Assembly (NCBI GenBank): GCA_039889305.1
Contig: JAVVFV010000006.1
Span: 1 to 62,047 of the forward strand
Direction: 5' to 3'
DNA: 62,047 nt
Origin: Candidatus Zestomicrobium tamdykulense
GTDB lineage: Archaea; Thermoproteota; Thermoprotei_A; Sulfolobales; NBVN01
Below, piece by piece: positions 26,142-35,278 of this stretch. The notes under the pieces are model-generated. The model saw nothing but the letters and a program-made list of their open reading frames with translations. It made no database searches and was not told where the DNA came from. The translations under genes were made by a program, and so were the position numbers. Numbering within the stretch: position 1 is the first letter of the stretch; the number at the start of each line of letters is the position of its first letter.

Positions 26142-27092
26142 TTGAGAGAGATAATTCAAAACACGCAGGTCTTGACTAAGGTAAACATAATAGTAGACAT
26201 ATTCTCAACATCAATACTTCTAGAAGCATTAGCTCCAACTAAACTAAGTACTGTTAGCGGGTACAAAGGCGTGAAAGACTTAAACATAATTCACTTCGCA
26301 TACACACCTAATGTTCTGAAGTCCCCACTAGAAGAAACTGCTAAAGACGTAATTAACAATAAGAATCTCAGGTTAGGCTCATACCTGCTGCAGTACGTTG
26401 TTAATGCGAGCACACACCCTCTACTCAAGACTAATACTGCTTTCGGCTACTTAATGCTTGCATCACCCCTCCTCTACATAATAGTTAAGGCTCTAGTATG
26501 TGGTGATTCAATAACTACCATGGACGAGATAATTACTAAATATCACAACGTAGTTATTGAGGGACTCAAGAAAGAAACTCTTAAGGACTTCTATTCAGCT
26601 TTAAGGAAAGCCTCAGTAAAACACCTAGGTGAGTATTTCGGGAGAATCCCTTCAGTTAATGTTGAAGACACTTCAGTTCTAGAGAACTTCAGTTTATGGG
26701 AAGCTTTAAGAGATTCTATGTACTCAGATATAGTTAGTCATGAGATAATAACAGGCTTTAAAAGAGTTCTGGAAGTTCATGAGAACCTACTTAAAAAGAG
26801 ACCTACCTCAAAGAGATTACTAGACATCATCACGTTAGTACACACAAAAACACTATCAATTAATCTAGATACTTTAGTACTCAAGAGTAAAAACTTCAAT
26901 AGTGCCCTACTACTTAAGTACTTATCTACGCTAAGAACTAGTATCAGCAGGGAGATCTGGGAACGTATAGACAACTACGTCAGAGAGAATGAATTAAATC
27001 CTGGAAGTACTTCAGATATAGTTGCTGCTGGCTTAGCTTTGTACCAGGTGAGTACCTATGTTAATCAGGATATTGAACGGAGCACAACTTAA
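26142..27092 (+). CDS. CitG/triphosphoribosyl-dephospho-CoA synthase family protein
   Basis: NTAFG, DTLV and NPGSTSDIVAA motifs. Confidence 0.75.
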   Translation: MREIIQNTQVLTKVNIIVDIFSTSILLEALAPTKLSTVSGYKGVKDLNIIHFAYTPNVLKSPLEETAKDVINNKNLRLGSYLLQYVVNASTHPLLKTNTAFGYLMLASPLLYIIVKALVCGDSITTMDEIITKYHNVVIEGLKKETLKDFYSALRKASVKHLGEYFGRIPSVNVEDTSVLENFSLWEALRDSMYSDIVSHEIITGFKRVLEVHENLLKKRPTSKRLLDIITLVHTKTLSINLDTLVLKSKNFNSALLLKYLSTLRTSISREIWERIDNYVRENELNPGSTSDIVAAGLALYQVSTYVNQDIERSTT

Positions 27093-27606
27093 ACTCTTAA
27101 AAGAGCTTCATCCCTACGTAAGTAAGGACGTAAGCACCTACGTTTTCATAGGAGCTCCCAGGATACCGCTCTACCACATTAGTACGATCCTCAAAAACTT
27201 CTTTATAGTGACTAGTAAGCACGACGACATATACGTAACTAAGACTGCTAGAAATTTAGGTGTTTTACTTGATGCTAACCTAATTAATTTAGGTGATTAC
27301 TTAATAGCTGGTGTGGGAGGTATAGACCCTTGGCATGCTATCTCAAGACTGCGTGAGTTATTGAGTAACCAGGAAAGAAAAATTCTGCTCTTCTCTTACT
27401 TTCCTGCTTATAACATATGTGATTTCATGCCTGAGTTGAGGACTAGGTTAGGACTACTAGAACTTAAAGATTTCCTAGACTATATTAAGCCGTCCGTGTT
27501 CGTCTGCTTAAGTAATGTTGAGTGCTACACACGCTATGGCGAGACCAGAATCTATTCACTGAGCAAAGATACCTTATTCCTAGACCTAGTGCTTGATTTG
27601 ATCTAA
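27058..27606 (+). CDS. degenerate Icc-like phosphoesterase-fold protein
   Basis: TSKHDD in place of GNHD, AGVGG, SYFPAY, GLLELKDF; metal ligands lost. Confidence 0.5.
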   Translation: MLIRILNGAQLKLLKELHPYVSKDVSTYVFIGAPRIPLYHISTILKNFFIVTSKHDDIYVTKTARNLGVLLDANLINLGDYLIAGVGGIDPWHAISRLRELLSNQERKILLFSYFPAYNICDFMPELRTRLGLLELKDFLDYIKPSVFVCLSNVECYTRYGETRIYSLSKDTLFLDLVLDLI

Positions 27607-27629
27607 GTATTGAGATCTTTAGCTTGAAC

Positions 27630-28106
27630 TCATACTTCCTTAGCCATTAACCAGGCGTCTTCTCCATCAAGGTAATAAAACCTTATCCTCTGAACTTTCT
27701 TAAAACCAAGCTTCTCATATAGCTTTATGGCTGGCTCATTACTTACTCTAACCTCAAGATAAACCTCACTAACCTTATAGAATTCCTTTAATTTTCTTAA
27801 CGCCTCAACCATTAAAGAGTATCCTATACCTATCCTCCTATAATCTGGGTGAACAGCTATGCTTATTATGTGACCTAACTTCTTAAGTAATGATTTATTT
27901 ATGTGACCTAAACCTCTCTCAACTCTACACATAATATATCCTACTACCCTGGAATCCACATCAGCTACTAGAAAAGCCTCACCCCACATCTCTAAGTGAT
28001 GTCTCCAAAAATCTTCAGGATAGTGCTCCTTAAGCGATATCAAGTTTATGTTTATGACTGTTGGGAGATCTTCCGGTTTTGCTTTCCTTATGTGTATTGT
28101 TACCAC
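27630..28106 (-). CDS. rimI: N-terminal acetyltransferase (Ard1/RimI)
   Basis: GHIISIAVHPDYRRIGIG, LEVRVSN, YYLDGEDA. Confidence 0.93.
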   Translation of the reverse strand: MVTIHIRKAKPEDLPTVININLISLKEHYPEDFWRHHLEMWGEAFLVADVDSRVVGYIMCRVERGLGHINKSLLKKLGHIISIAVHPDYRRIGIGYSLMVEALRKLKEFYKVSEVYLEVRVSNEPAIKLYEKLGFKKVQRIRFYYLDGEDAWLMAKEV

Positions 28107-28162
28107 CTTGAAGACCCTGAAATAATTATAATATCGATTTTAATTTTATGTTTGGATGAATA

Positions 28163-29416
28163 ATGTTGAGAGAGCTGGAATCCCACCCAGCAGACGAGAT
28201 TAGAGGTAGTGTTTCAAACCACCTAAGTAATATTAAGATAGGTTTCGGGCTTACGGGCTCAGTAGCTATCTATAGGGTTATCGACGTTATGCGTGAATTA
28301 ATCAGGAGAGGAGCAGAGATACACGCTATTATGTCTAAAGCAGCTACTGAATTACTAAATCCTACGTTGGTTGAGTGGGCTATCGGGAGTAAAGTCTTGA
28401 CTGAATTTAAGGGGGAGGTAGGTCATGTTTCTTTGAGTAAGGAAGTGTCTTCTTTCGCTATAGCTCCAGCAACAGCAGACATCATAAGTAAGTTAGCGCA
28501 TGGTGTGTGCGATAATCCTGTCTCACTAAGTGCAGTGAATATGTTGGGTCTTAAGAAACCAGTCATAGTAGTGCCTGCCATGCATTCAGGTCTGTGGTAC
28601 TCACCACCAGTAAACGAAGCGATGAAAAAACTTGAGGAGTTTGGTGTAGTAGTAGTTCCGCCAGATATTTCTGATGGGAGAGCTAAACTACCGGAAAACG
28701 ATGATATTATCGCAGCAGTAGAAGCATCAACTCTGAGGGGTAGGGATCTAAGAAATATTAGGATTTTGGTAACTGCAGGACCTACAAGAGAATACTTAGA
28801 TCGTGTGAGGTTCTTAACCAACGCTAGCTCCGGTAAGATGGGTGTAGCCATAGCTAGGGAAGCATACTTCCGTGGAGCAGACGTAACTTTAGTTCACGGA
28901 CCTCTCACAGTAAGGAAACCACACTACATAAGAAGCATTAGTGTTACAACTACTGAAGAAATGTTTAACGCTGTGCTAAGTGAGGTTAGGAGTAAGAGGT
29001 ATGACGCAGTCATACTAGCTGCAGCGCCTGCTGACTTCAGGTTTAGGAAGTATGTTGAGGGAAAAATTAAATCTGATGTAGGCCCCCTAACTGTTGAGTT
29101 AGAAACAACGCCAAAGATATCTCTAGGTTTGAGAAAAGAATTTTCAGGTTTTTTAGTAGGTTTCGCGGCTGAGATAGCTGAGGGCGAGGTAAACAAGTTA
29201 GCTGAGTTAGCTTTAGAGAAACTAGAAAAGAGAGGTTTCGATATCATAGTTGCTAACGACGTTAGCAGAAGTAATATAGGCTTCGCTGCTGATTACAACG
29301 AAGTACTCTTAATCAGTAGGAGAGGACGTAAAGAATTAGTTAGTAGGACTCTTAAGGAAGTAATAGCTAGGAAAATACTAGATCTGGTTAAAGAGGAGCT
29401 TGGAAGTGCGCGTTAA
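28163..29416 (+). CDS. coaBC: bifunctional phosphopantothenoylcysteine decarboxylase/ligase
   Basis: TGSVAIY, APATAD, PAMH, TAGPTRE..D.VRFLTNASSGKMG, VGFAAE, VANDV. Confidence 0.96.
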   Translation: MLRELESHPADEIRGSVSNHLSNIKIGFGLTGSVAIYRVIDVMRELIRRGAEIHAIMSKAATELLNPTLVEWAIGSKVLTEFKGEVGHVSLSKEVSSFAIAPATADIISKLAHGVCDNPVSLSAVNMLGLKKPVIVVPAMHSGLWYSPPVNEAMKKLEEFGVVVVPPDISDGRAKLPENDDIIAAVEASTLRGRDLRNIRILVTAGPTREYLDRVRFLTNASSGKMGVAIAREAYFRGADVTLVHGPLTVRKPHYIRSISVTTTEEMFNAVLSEVRSKRYDAVILAAAPADFRFRKYVEGKIKSDVGPLTVELETTPKISLGLRKEFSGFLVGFAAEIAEGEVNKLAELALEKLEKRGFDIIVANDVSRSNIGFAADYNEVLLISRRGRKELVSRTLKEVIARKILDLVKEELGSAR

Positions 29417-30287
29417 GGTACCGCTACATATAACTGGTTTTTGGGTTCCCCACATAACTAATAGTCCGTTAACAACAGGTTCTTTAGGAGCTGGGATAAC
29501 CCTAGAACCATTTGTTAAAGCAGAGATTAAAGATAGTCTTAAGGATGAGGTATTAGTTAACTCTACCGTTCTTCACCACGATCTCGTGGATATGATAAAG
29601 AGGATAGTCGGGGTAGGCAGGGTTAGCGCTGAGATAACTTCTCCCTCATATTTTGGGGAGGGTTTAGGATTTAGTGCTGCTTTCTCTATAGTAATAGCGG
29701 CGTCAGCGTTACATAATCTAGGAAAGCCTCTGACGTTAAATAAGGTGGGTATTGTAGCTCATGAAGCAGAAGCATCCTTGATGACTGGATTAGGTGATGT
29801 GGTTGCGGAATTACGTGGTGGAGGATTAGTAGTTAGGTTGAAACCAGGTGCTCCGGGAGTGAGTGAGCTAGATGTAGTCCCGGTGAGGGACTCCGTAAGT
29901 ATAATCCCGTGCATCATTAGGGAGAGATTCACGACGCCTCAAATGCTTAGAGATTACTGGCACATTATAAAGAAAGCCGGTGAGAAAGCTTACAAGAAAT
30001 TTATCGCTGAACCAACTTTCGACAGATTTCTTGAATTAAGTAATGAGTTCAGTAAGGAAGTATTCATGAATAAAGAAACAGATGAGAAGCTTAAAGAACT
30101 ACTTCATAAACATTTGAGTTCCGGAAACGTAATAACGTACTTCATCAAAAAAGGTACTTTAGTAATAGTCTTAGATAAACCTGATGACGAACTAATGGAT
30201 ACGCTAAAAAGAAGTTTTAGTAAAGTCTTAGGAATATTCAAGCCAACCTCTGAAGGTACCTCAATAAAAATAGAGCGTATACCCTAA
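29400..30287 (+). CDS. pantoate kinase (GHMP family)
   Basis: PLHITGF, GSLGAG, G.GLGFSAA, AHEAE..TGLGDV, R.KPGAPG. Confidence 0.9.
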   Translation: MEVRVKVPLHITGFWVPHITNSPLTTGSLGAGITLEPFVKAEIKDSLKDEVLVNSTVLHHDLVDMIKRIVGVGRVSAEITSPSYFGEGLGFSAAFSIVIAASALHNLGKPLTLNKVGIVAHEAEASLMTGLGDVVAELRGGGLVVRLKPGAPGVSELDVVPVRDSVSIIPCIIRERFTTPQMLRDYWHIIKKAGEKAYKKFIAEPTFDRFLELSNEFSKEVFMNKETDEKLKELLHKHLSSGNVITYFIKKGTLVIVLDKPDDELMDTLKRSFSKVLGIFKPTSEGTSIKIERIP

Positions 30288-30345
30288 CCTGAAATTCCCA
30301 TACAGTATTTAGGGCACTAACCAAATATTATGTAGGGTGAGATAG

Positions 30346-31125
30346 TTGGAGATCAACATACCGCCCACACACCCAAGATATAAATCACTCCTAATTAGAG
30401 AGAAACTAATTAAAGGTTTTGAAGAAGGATATGTTGCTAAGGCTGGGTTAATAGCTCATGGGAGGGGAGAGTGTTTTGATTACTTAATAGGTGAGGTAAC
30501 TATAGAGCCAGCAATAAAAGCTATAGAAGCTGCTGTCGCGGCCTTACTACTATCTAGCAACCCAGTGATTTCAGTTAACGGTAATGTTGCTGCTTTAGTT
30601 CCCGAAGAAATAGTTAGGTTGGCCGAGGCTGTTAACGCTAAACTAGAAATTAATTTGTTCTATAGAAGTGAAGATCGTATAACGAAAATAGCTGAAATTC
30701 TTAAAGCGCATGGCGCGCGTGAAGTGCTTGGCGTAGATGATGCTACTGCCGAAATACCTGAACTTATAAGCGAGAGGAGGAAAGTAAGTCCTAAAGGAAT
30801 ACTAGTAGCAGACACAGTATTAGTACCTCTCGAAGACGGAGACAGAACTGAAGCTTTAAGAAAACTTGGCAAGACTGTCATAGCAATAGATCTTAACCCT
30901 CTTTCCAGAACCGCCAGAGCTGCTTCCATAACAATAGTGGATAATGTTGTTAGAGCAGTACCTAAGATGATTGAATATACTCAAAAATTAAGTAATGTTT
31001 CGAGGAAAGATCTTTCTGAAATATTAAGAAGGTATAATAATAATGCGATCTTAACTGAGGTACTAAAACACTTAAGGAATAGATTAGAAGAACTTTCGAA
31101 ATCTAACCTCTTAATCCAATGCTGA
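30346..31125 (+). CDS. phosphopantothenate synthetase
   Basis: HPRYKSL, GLIAHGRGECFDYLIGE, SVNGN, PLEDGDR, DLNPLSRT. Confidence 0.95.
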   Translation: MEINIPPTHPRYKSLLIREKLIKGFEEGYVAKAGLIAHGRGECFDYLIGEVTIEPAIKAIEAAVAALLLSSNPVISVNGNVAALVPEEIVRLAEAVNAKLEINLFYRSEDRITKIAEILKAHGAREVLGVDDATAEIPELISERRKVSPKGILVADTVLVPLEDGDRTEALRKLGKTVIAIDLNPLSRTARAASITIVDNVVRAVPKMIEYTQKLSNVSRKDLSEILRRYNNNAILTEVLKHLRNRLEELSKSNLLIQC

Positions 31126-31177
31126 ACTGAAGCTCGAGAAACCCTCTAACCTTAACTATACTTCCACGAAGTCTTAT

Positions 31178-32032
31178 TTAGTCTTTCTTTGAAGTTTCTA
31201 AACGCTCCTTAAATTTCTTTAGTTCTTCATCACTCATTCCCCAGAATTCGTTAGGGCCGGGGAAAACACTTTTCCTCACGTCTTCTGCATACTTACTTAA
31301 AGCTCTTAGTATTTCGTTGTATAAGTCAGTATATTTTCTGACGAAAGGTGGTGGTGTGGGGTTTATCCCTAGAAGGTCGTGAATAACTAGTATTTGTCCG
31401 TCACACTCCACGCCAGAACCTATACAGATTGTTGGTACTCTAGTCGTGCGAGTTACTTCAGCAGCTACTTGCCAGGTAGTGTACTCGATAACTATCGAGA
31501 AAACCCCAGCGTCTTGGAGAGCTTTAGCTGACTCAATAATATTTAGAGCATCTTCAACATTCTTACCTCTAAGCTTGTAACCACCCAATATTAGGTATCT
31601 TTGAGGATTAAGTCCTATATGACCCATTACGGGTATGCCTACCTTGGTTAAAGCTTCTATAATTTCTGAGACTTCCGAACCCCCCTCTACCTTAACAGCA
31701 TCCGCCCCTAACTTAATTAATTCTCCAGCATTCCGAATAGCTTCATTCTTGCTTACCTCGTAAGATAGGAAAGGCATATCAGCCACTACTAGAGCTCTAG
31801 GTCTTGCGTTCGCCACTGCCCTAAGATGATGTTTTATCTCATCAAGAGTAACCGGTAATGTAGAGGAATAACCCATTATGACCATCCCGAGCGAATCTCC
31901 TACGAGCAAGCCGTCAATACCTACTTTATCAGCTAGGAGTGCATCATAGTAAGTATACGCAGTAATCATCACTATCTTTTCACCAAGCTTCTTCTTTTTT
32001 ATGAAATCGTGAGGATAAATCTTGGAACTCAT
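31178..32032 (-). CDS. panB: ketopantoate hydroxymethyltransferase
   Basis: LVGDSLGM, ADMPFLSY, VKVEGG, GHIGLNPQ, CDGQILV. Confidence 0.97.
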   Translation of the reverse strand: MSSKIYPHDFIKKKKLGEKIVMITAYTYYDALLADKVGIDGLLVGDSLGMVIMGYSSTLPVTLDEIKHHLRAVANARPRALVVADMPFLSYEVSKNEAIRNAGELIKLGADAVKVEGGSEVSEIIEALTKVGIPVMGHIGLNPQRYLILGGYKLRGKNVEDALNIIESAKALQDAGVFSIVIEYTTWQVAAEVTRTTRVPTICIGSGVECDGQILVIHDLLGINPTPPPFVRKYTDLYNEILRALSKYAEDVRKSVFPGPNEFWGMSDEELKKFKERLETSKKD

Positions 32033-32084
32033 CTACATCCCATAACTAGAAACTTTGAAGAGCTAAAATATTAAGATTAACCCA

Positions 32085-33062
32085 CTAAACGATCTTCTCA
32101 ACCGAAACATGTCCCGAGGCAGCACTTTTAAGGGATTCCTTATACTTAATCATCAGCCACAAAACCTCATTAACAGGTGTAGACACACCAACTTCTCTTC
32201 CTCTCAAGACTATCTCACCATTTATGTAATCGATTTCTGTTTTCTTTCCTTGCATCAAGTCTTGAAGCATTGAGGAGTAGTTCTCTCCCGTAGCTTCAGC
32301 TACTCTTACTACTTCCTCTAACGGATCTGCTGGCATCCTTACCCCATACTTCTCAGCTACTTTCTGGGTTTCCGTCACTACCATCGTAGCTATCTTGAAT
32401 AGGTTTTCATTAGTTACTACGAATTTGTTCTTTACTTCATACAAAGTAGTTAGAGGATTTATTGCTGCGTTGACAGCTAGTTTAAGCCATCTATAAGGCT
32501 CTATGTCATCAACTACTTGAAAACCGAGAACTTTAAATAAGGATGCTATAGAATATAGTACTTCTTTAGTAACGCCTTTACTTCCTAGGTAGCTAGTAGA
32601 TCCGCCAATCCACCTGAATTCTTGAGGTCCTACCCTATATACTCCGTGATTCAGTACTGCGGTAGCTGTTCTCTTAGGACCTAAAATATTGAGTGCTTCC
32701 TCGTAAGACCTCAAACCGTTCTGACATGTTATTAAAACACCATCACTTCTTAAGTATTCTTTTACTGCCTTGATAGCTTCTAGAGAGTCGTACGCTTTAG
32801 TAGCTACTAATATCATATCAAATAAGTCAAGCCTTCTTAACTCCTCGTACGAGATAAAATAAGATCCTTCAAGCCTTACTAACGAGCCATCAGCCGTAAA
32901 TATTTTAACTCCTCCTTCCTTGAGGAGGTTCAAGTACTGAGTATTCCTAATCAAAACATAAACGCTTAATTTAGTGCTTGAGCTAATCAAAGCATAAGTT
33001 AATAAGACCCCAACATTCCCCCCACCAACAACAAGAACATTCCTGAAGTACTTACCCACCAT
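32085..33062 (-). CDS. panE: ketopantoate reductase
   Basis: VGGGNVG, TKAYD, QNG, WLKLAVNAAINP, SSMLQD, TEIDYING. Confidence 0.95.
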   Translation of the reverse strand: MVGKYFRNVLVVGGGNVGVLLTYALISSSTKLSVYVLIRNTQYLNLLKEGGVKIFTADGSLVRLEGSYFISYEELRRLDLFDMILVATKAYDSLEAIKAVKEYLRSDGVLITCQNGLRSYEEALNILGPKRTATAVLNHGVYRVGPQEFRWIGGSTSYLGSKGVTKEVLYSIASLFKVLGFQVVDDIEPYRWLKLAVNAAINPLTTLYEVKNKFVVTNENLFKIATMVVTETQKVAEKYGVRMPADPLEEVVRVAEATGENYSSMLQDLMQGKKTEIDYINGEIVLRGREVGVSTPVNEVLWLMIKYKESLKSAASGHVSVEKIV

Positions 33063-33149
33063 CAATGAGGCCCTCTCAGTACCCATGAATGTATTTTAGC
33101 TAGAATATTAAGATTACTAAAGAGCAAAGTATTTCGAGGTCTGATAAGG

Positions 33150-33899
33150 ATGTTCAGCATGGATAAAAAAGTATTGTCTGTGCGAGGAGTAGTGAAAAAC
33201 TTCGGCAAGATTAGAGCTCTCGATAAGGTAGATATAGAGATCAATGAAGGACTTATCTTCGGGTTAATAGGTCCTAACGGTGCTGGTAAAACTACGTTAC
33301 TCAGAATCTTAGGTACTCTGCTTAAGCAGGATGAAGGCACTGTTAAAATATTTGGTTATGATCTGCCCGAGAACAGAGTCTTGGTTAGGAGGTATATTTC
33401 TTACCTACCTGAGGACGCTGGACTTTACTCACGTCTGAGTGGCTGGGAGAATCTCTACTACTACGCAATGCTCTACTACGGCAGAACTACTAGAGCGTTA
33501 GAGGTTGCGGAAGCGGGTGCTAAGATTTCCGGCTTAAGCGAGCGAGATCTTAGTAGGAAGGCTTCAGAGTATAGTAAAGGGATGGTTAGGAGAGTAGCTA
33601 TAGCGAGGACCTTAATGATAGGTTCTAGGCTAGTCATCTTAGATGAACCTACCTCAGGTCTTGATGTTTTCTCGGCATACACAATACGTAAAATCCTTAA
33701 AGAATATTCTAGGAGTAACTCAGTCACAATAATACTCTCATCACACAACATGATTGAGGTTGAAGACTTATGTGATGAAGTAGCTCTCATAAATAAAGGA
33801 CGCATAATAGTTCAGGGCCTGCCGAAAGACTTAATACACACATACGGTAGCAAGAATCTCGAGGAAGTCTTCATAAGCTTGGCTGGTGAGGACTCGTGA
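33150..33899 (+). CDS. ABC-2 type exporter ATPase (NatA-like)
   Basis: GPNGAGKTT, YSKGM, LDEPTSGLD, SSH. Confidence 0.9.
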   Translation: MFSMDKKVLSVRGVVKNFGKIRALDKVDIEINEGLIFGLIGPNGAGKTTLLRILGTLLKQDEGTVKIFGYDLPENRVLVRRYISYLPEDAGLYSRLSGWENLYYYAMLYYGRTTRALEVAEAGAKISGLSERDLSRKASEYSKGMVRRVAIARTLMIGSRLVILDEPTSGLDVFSAYTIRKILKEYSRSNSVTIILSSHNMIEVEDLCDEVALINKGRIIVQGLPKDLIHTYGSKNLEEVFISLAGEDS

Positions 33900-35125
33900 G
33901 CTCTGTTTACGTGGTTATTTGGAAGGAACTTAAGGACATGTTACGTGATATACGTACCTTAGCAGCGATTGCTTTCTTACCACTCCTAATACTCCCCTTA
34001 ATGAGCTTGACCTCGATTTATGCTCAGGGTCTTCAACCAGGTCATGTAGCACTTATTAACTATGATAAATCCTCAGACAGTATAGGAGGAGTCAATATAA
34101 CTTCTGAAGATATCTCGAGAGAAATTAGTGAGACTCTAGAGAGACATGGCTTTCAAGTGTTTTACGGTGCTGCTACCAACGTGGATGCCACAATCATTAT
34201 TAGGGAGGGGTTCGTGAAGAACTTAACCTCACTAACTGAAAGAGCGAGACTAGAACTCGTTAAGACCCTAGGATCTAGCAAGGCAGATCAAGTAGAAAGC
34301 ATCATATCAAACGTAATTAATGATCTGAACTTCAGGATAGCTTCTCTTAAGGTGAGAGAGCTAAGCAGCGTTGCAGGATTAAATGTTTCTGTAGATTCTG
34401 TTTTAAGACCTGTTGAAACTCAGGTAAGAGTTATTGGGGTTGGCGGCGCACCAGTCAGTTATGAGGAAGCACTTAGGGTTTATATAGCTAGATTTCTTTC
34501 TTTCAGCCTCATATTTGTTACTACTCCCTCAACAGCTTACATAACGGATTCTGTAATAGGTGAGAAAGAGAGGAAAACTCTAGAAGCTTTGCTGAGTACG
34601 CCAGTACCCAGGTACGCCCTAATAGTAGGTAAGATAGTCTCCACGTCTCTAATAGGTTTGCTAGCAGGATTCACTAATGCTTTAGGACTCCTCCTATTTG
34701 CTTACGTACCCTCACTAATTTATGGGATTAATCTATTCTCCTTGATTCCGGGAAACGTTATGTTAGCTCACTTCATAGCAATATACTTCTCAGTCTTAAG
34801 TTCTCTCGCTTTAGTAACTCCTGCGGTGATTAGATCCGGAAGCTACAGAACTGCTCAAACTTCTTCAATGATAATAATCAGTATCGCCACAATAGTGTTC
34901 TTCATATCTTTGTACGTTGATATAGAGCAATTAAGTGAGGTTTATAAGTGGGTGCTTTACTTAATACCATACACGCACGCATCATTATTCATAAAATTTG
35001 TTGCTCTCGGCACGCTGAATAACGCGTTAATACATCTAATAGCGCTCCTACTAGTCATAGTGAGCCTGATGTATGTTTCAATAAAGCTCTTCAACGAGGA
35101 ACGCATAATTTACGGTAGAACCTAA
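33896..35125 (+). CDS. ABC-2 type permease (NatB-like)
   Basis: WKELKDMLRD, GEKERKTLEALLSTP, GK motif, multiple TM helices. Confidence 0.9.
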   Translation: MSSVYVVIWKELKDMLRDIRTLAAIAFLPLLILPLMSLTSIYAQGLQPGHVALINYDKSSDSIGGVNITSEDISREISETLERHGFQVFYGAATNVDATIIIREGFVKNLTSLTERARLELVKTLGSSKADQVESIISNVINDLNFRIASLKVRELSSVAGLNVSVDSVLRPVETQVRVIGVGGAPVSYEEALRVYIARFLSFSLIFVTTPSTAYITDSVIGEKERKTLEALLSTPVPRYALIVGKIVSTSLIGLLAGFTNALGLLLFAYVPSLIYGINLFSLIPGNVMLAHFIAIYFSVLSSLALVTPAVIRSGSYRTAQTSSMIIISIATIVFFISLYVDIEQLSEVYKWVLYLIPYTHASLFIKFVALGTLNNALIHLIALLLVIVSLMYVSIKLFNEERIIYGRT

Positions 35126-35278
35126 GACGCTTTTACTTCTCTCTAAATTTATGAGAGTTATCCTAGATGGTATGGTATATCAAAAATAAAGGAGATTTCT
35201 CCTTGCTACTTAGTCTTGCTCTTTCGCGCGGGAGAGTAAGTAGCGTATCTTTTTTATGCTCTAAGCTAATTAGTTTTA

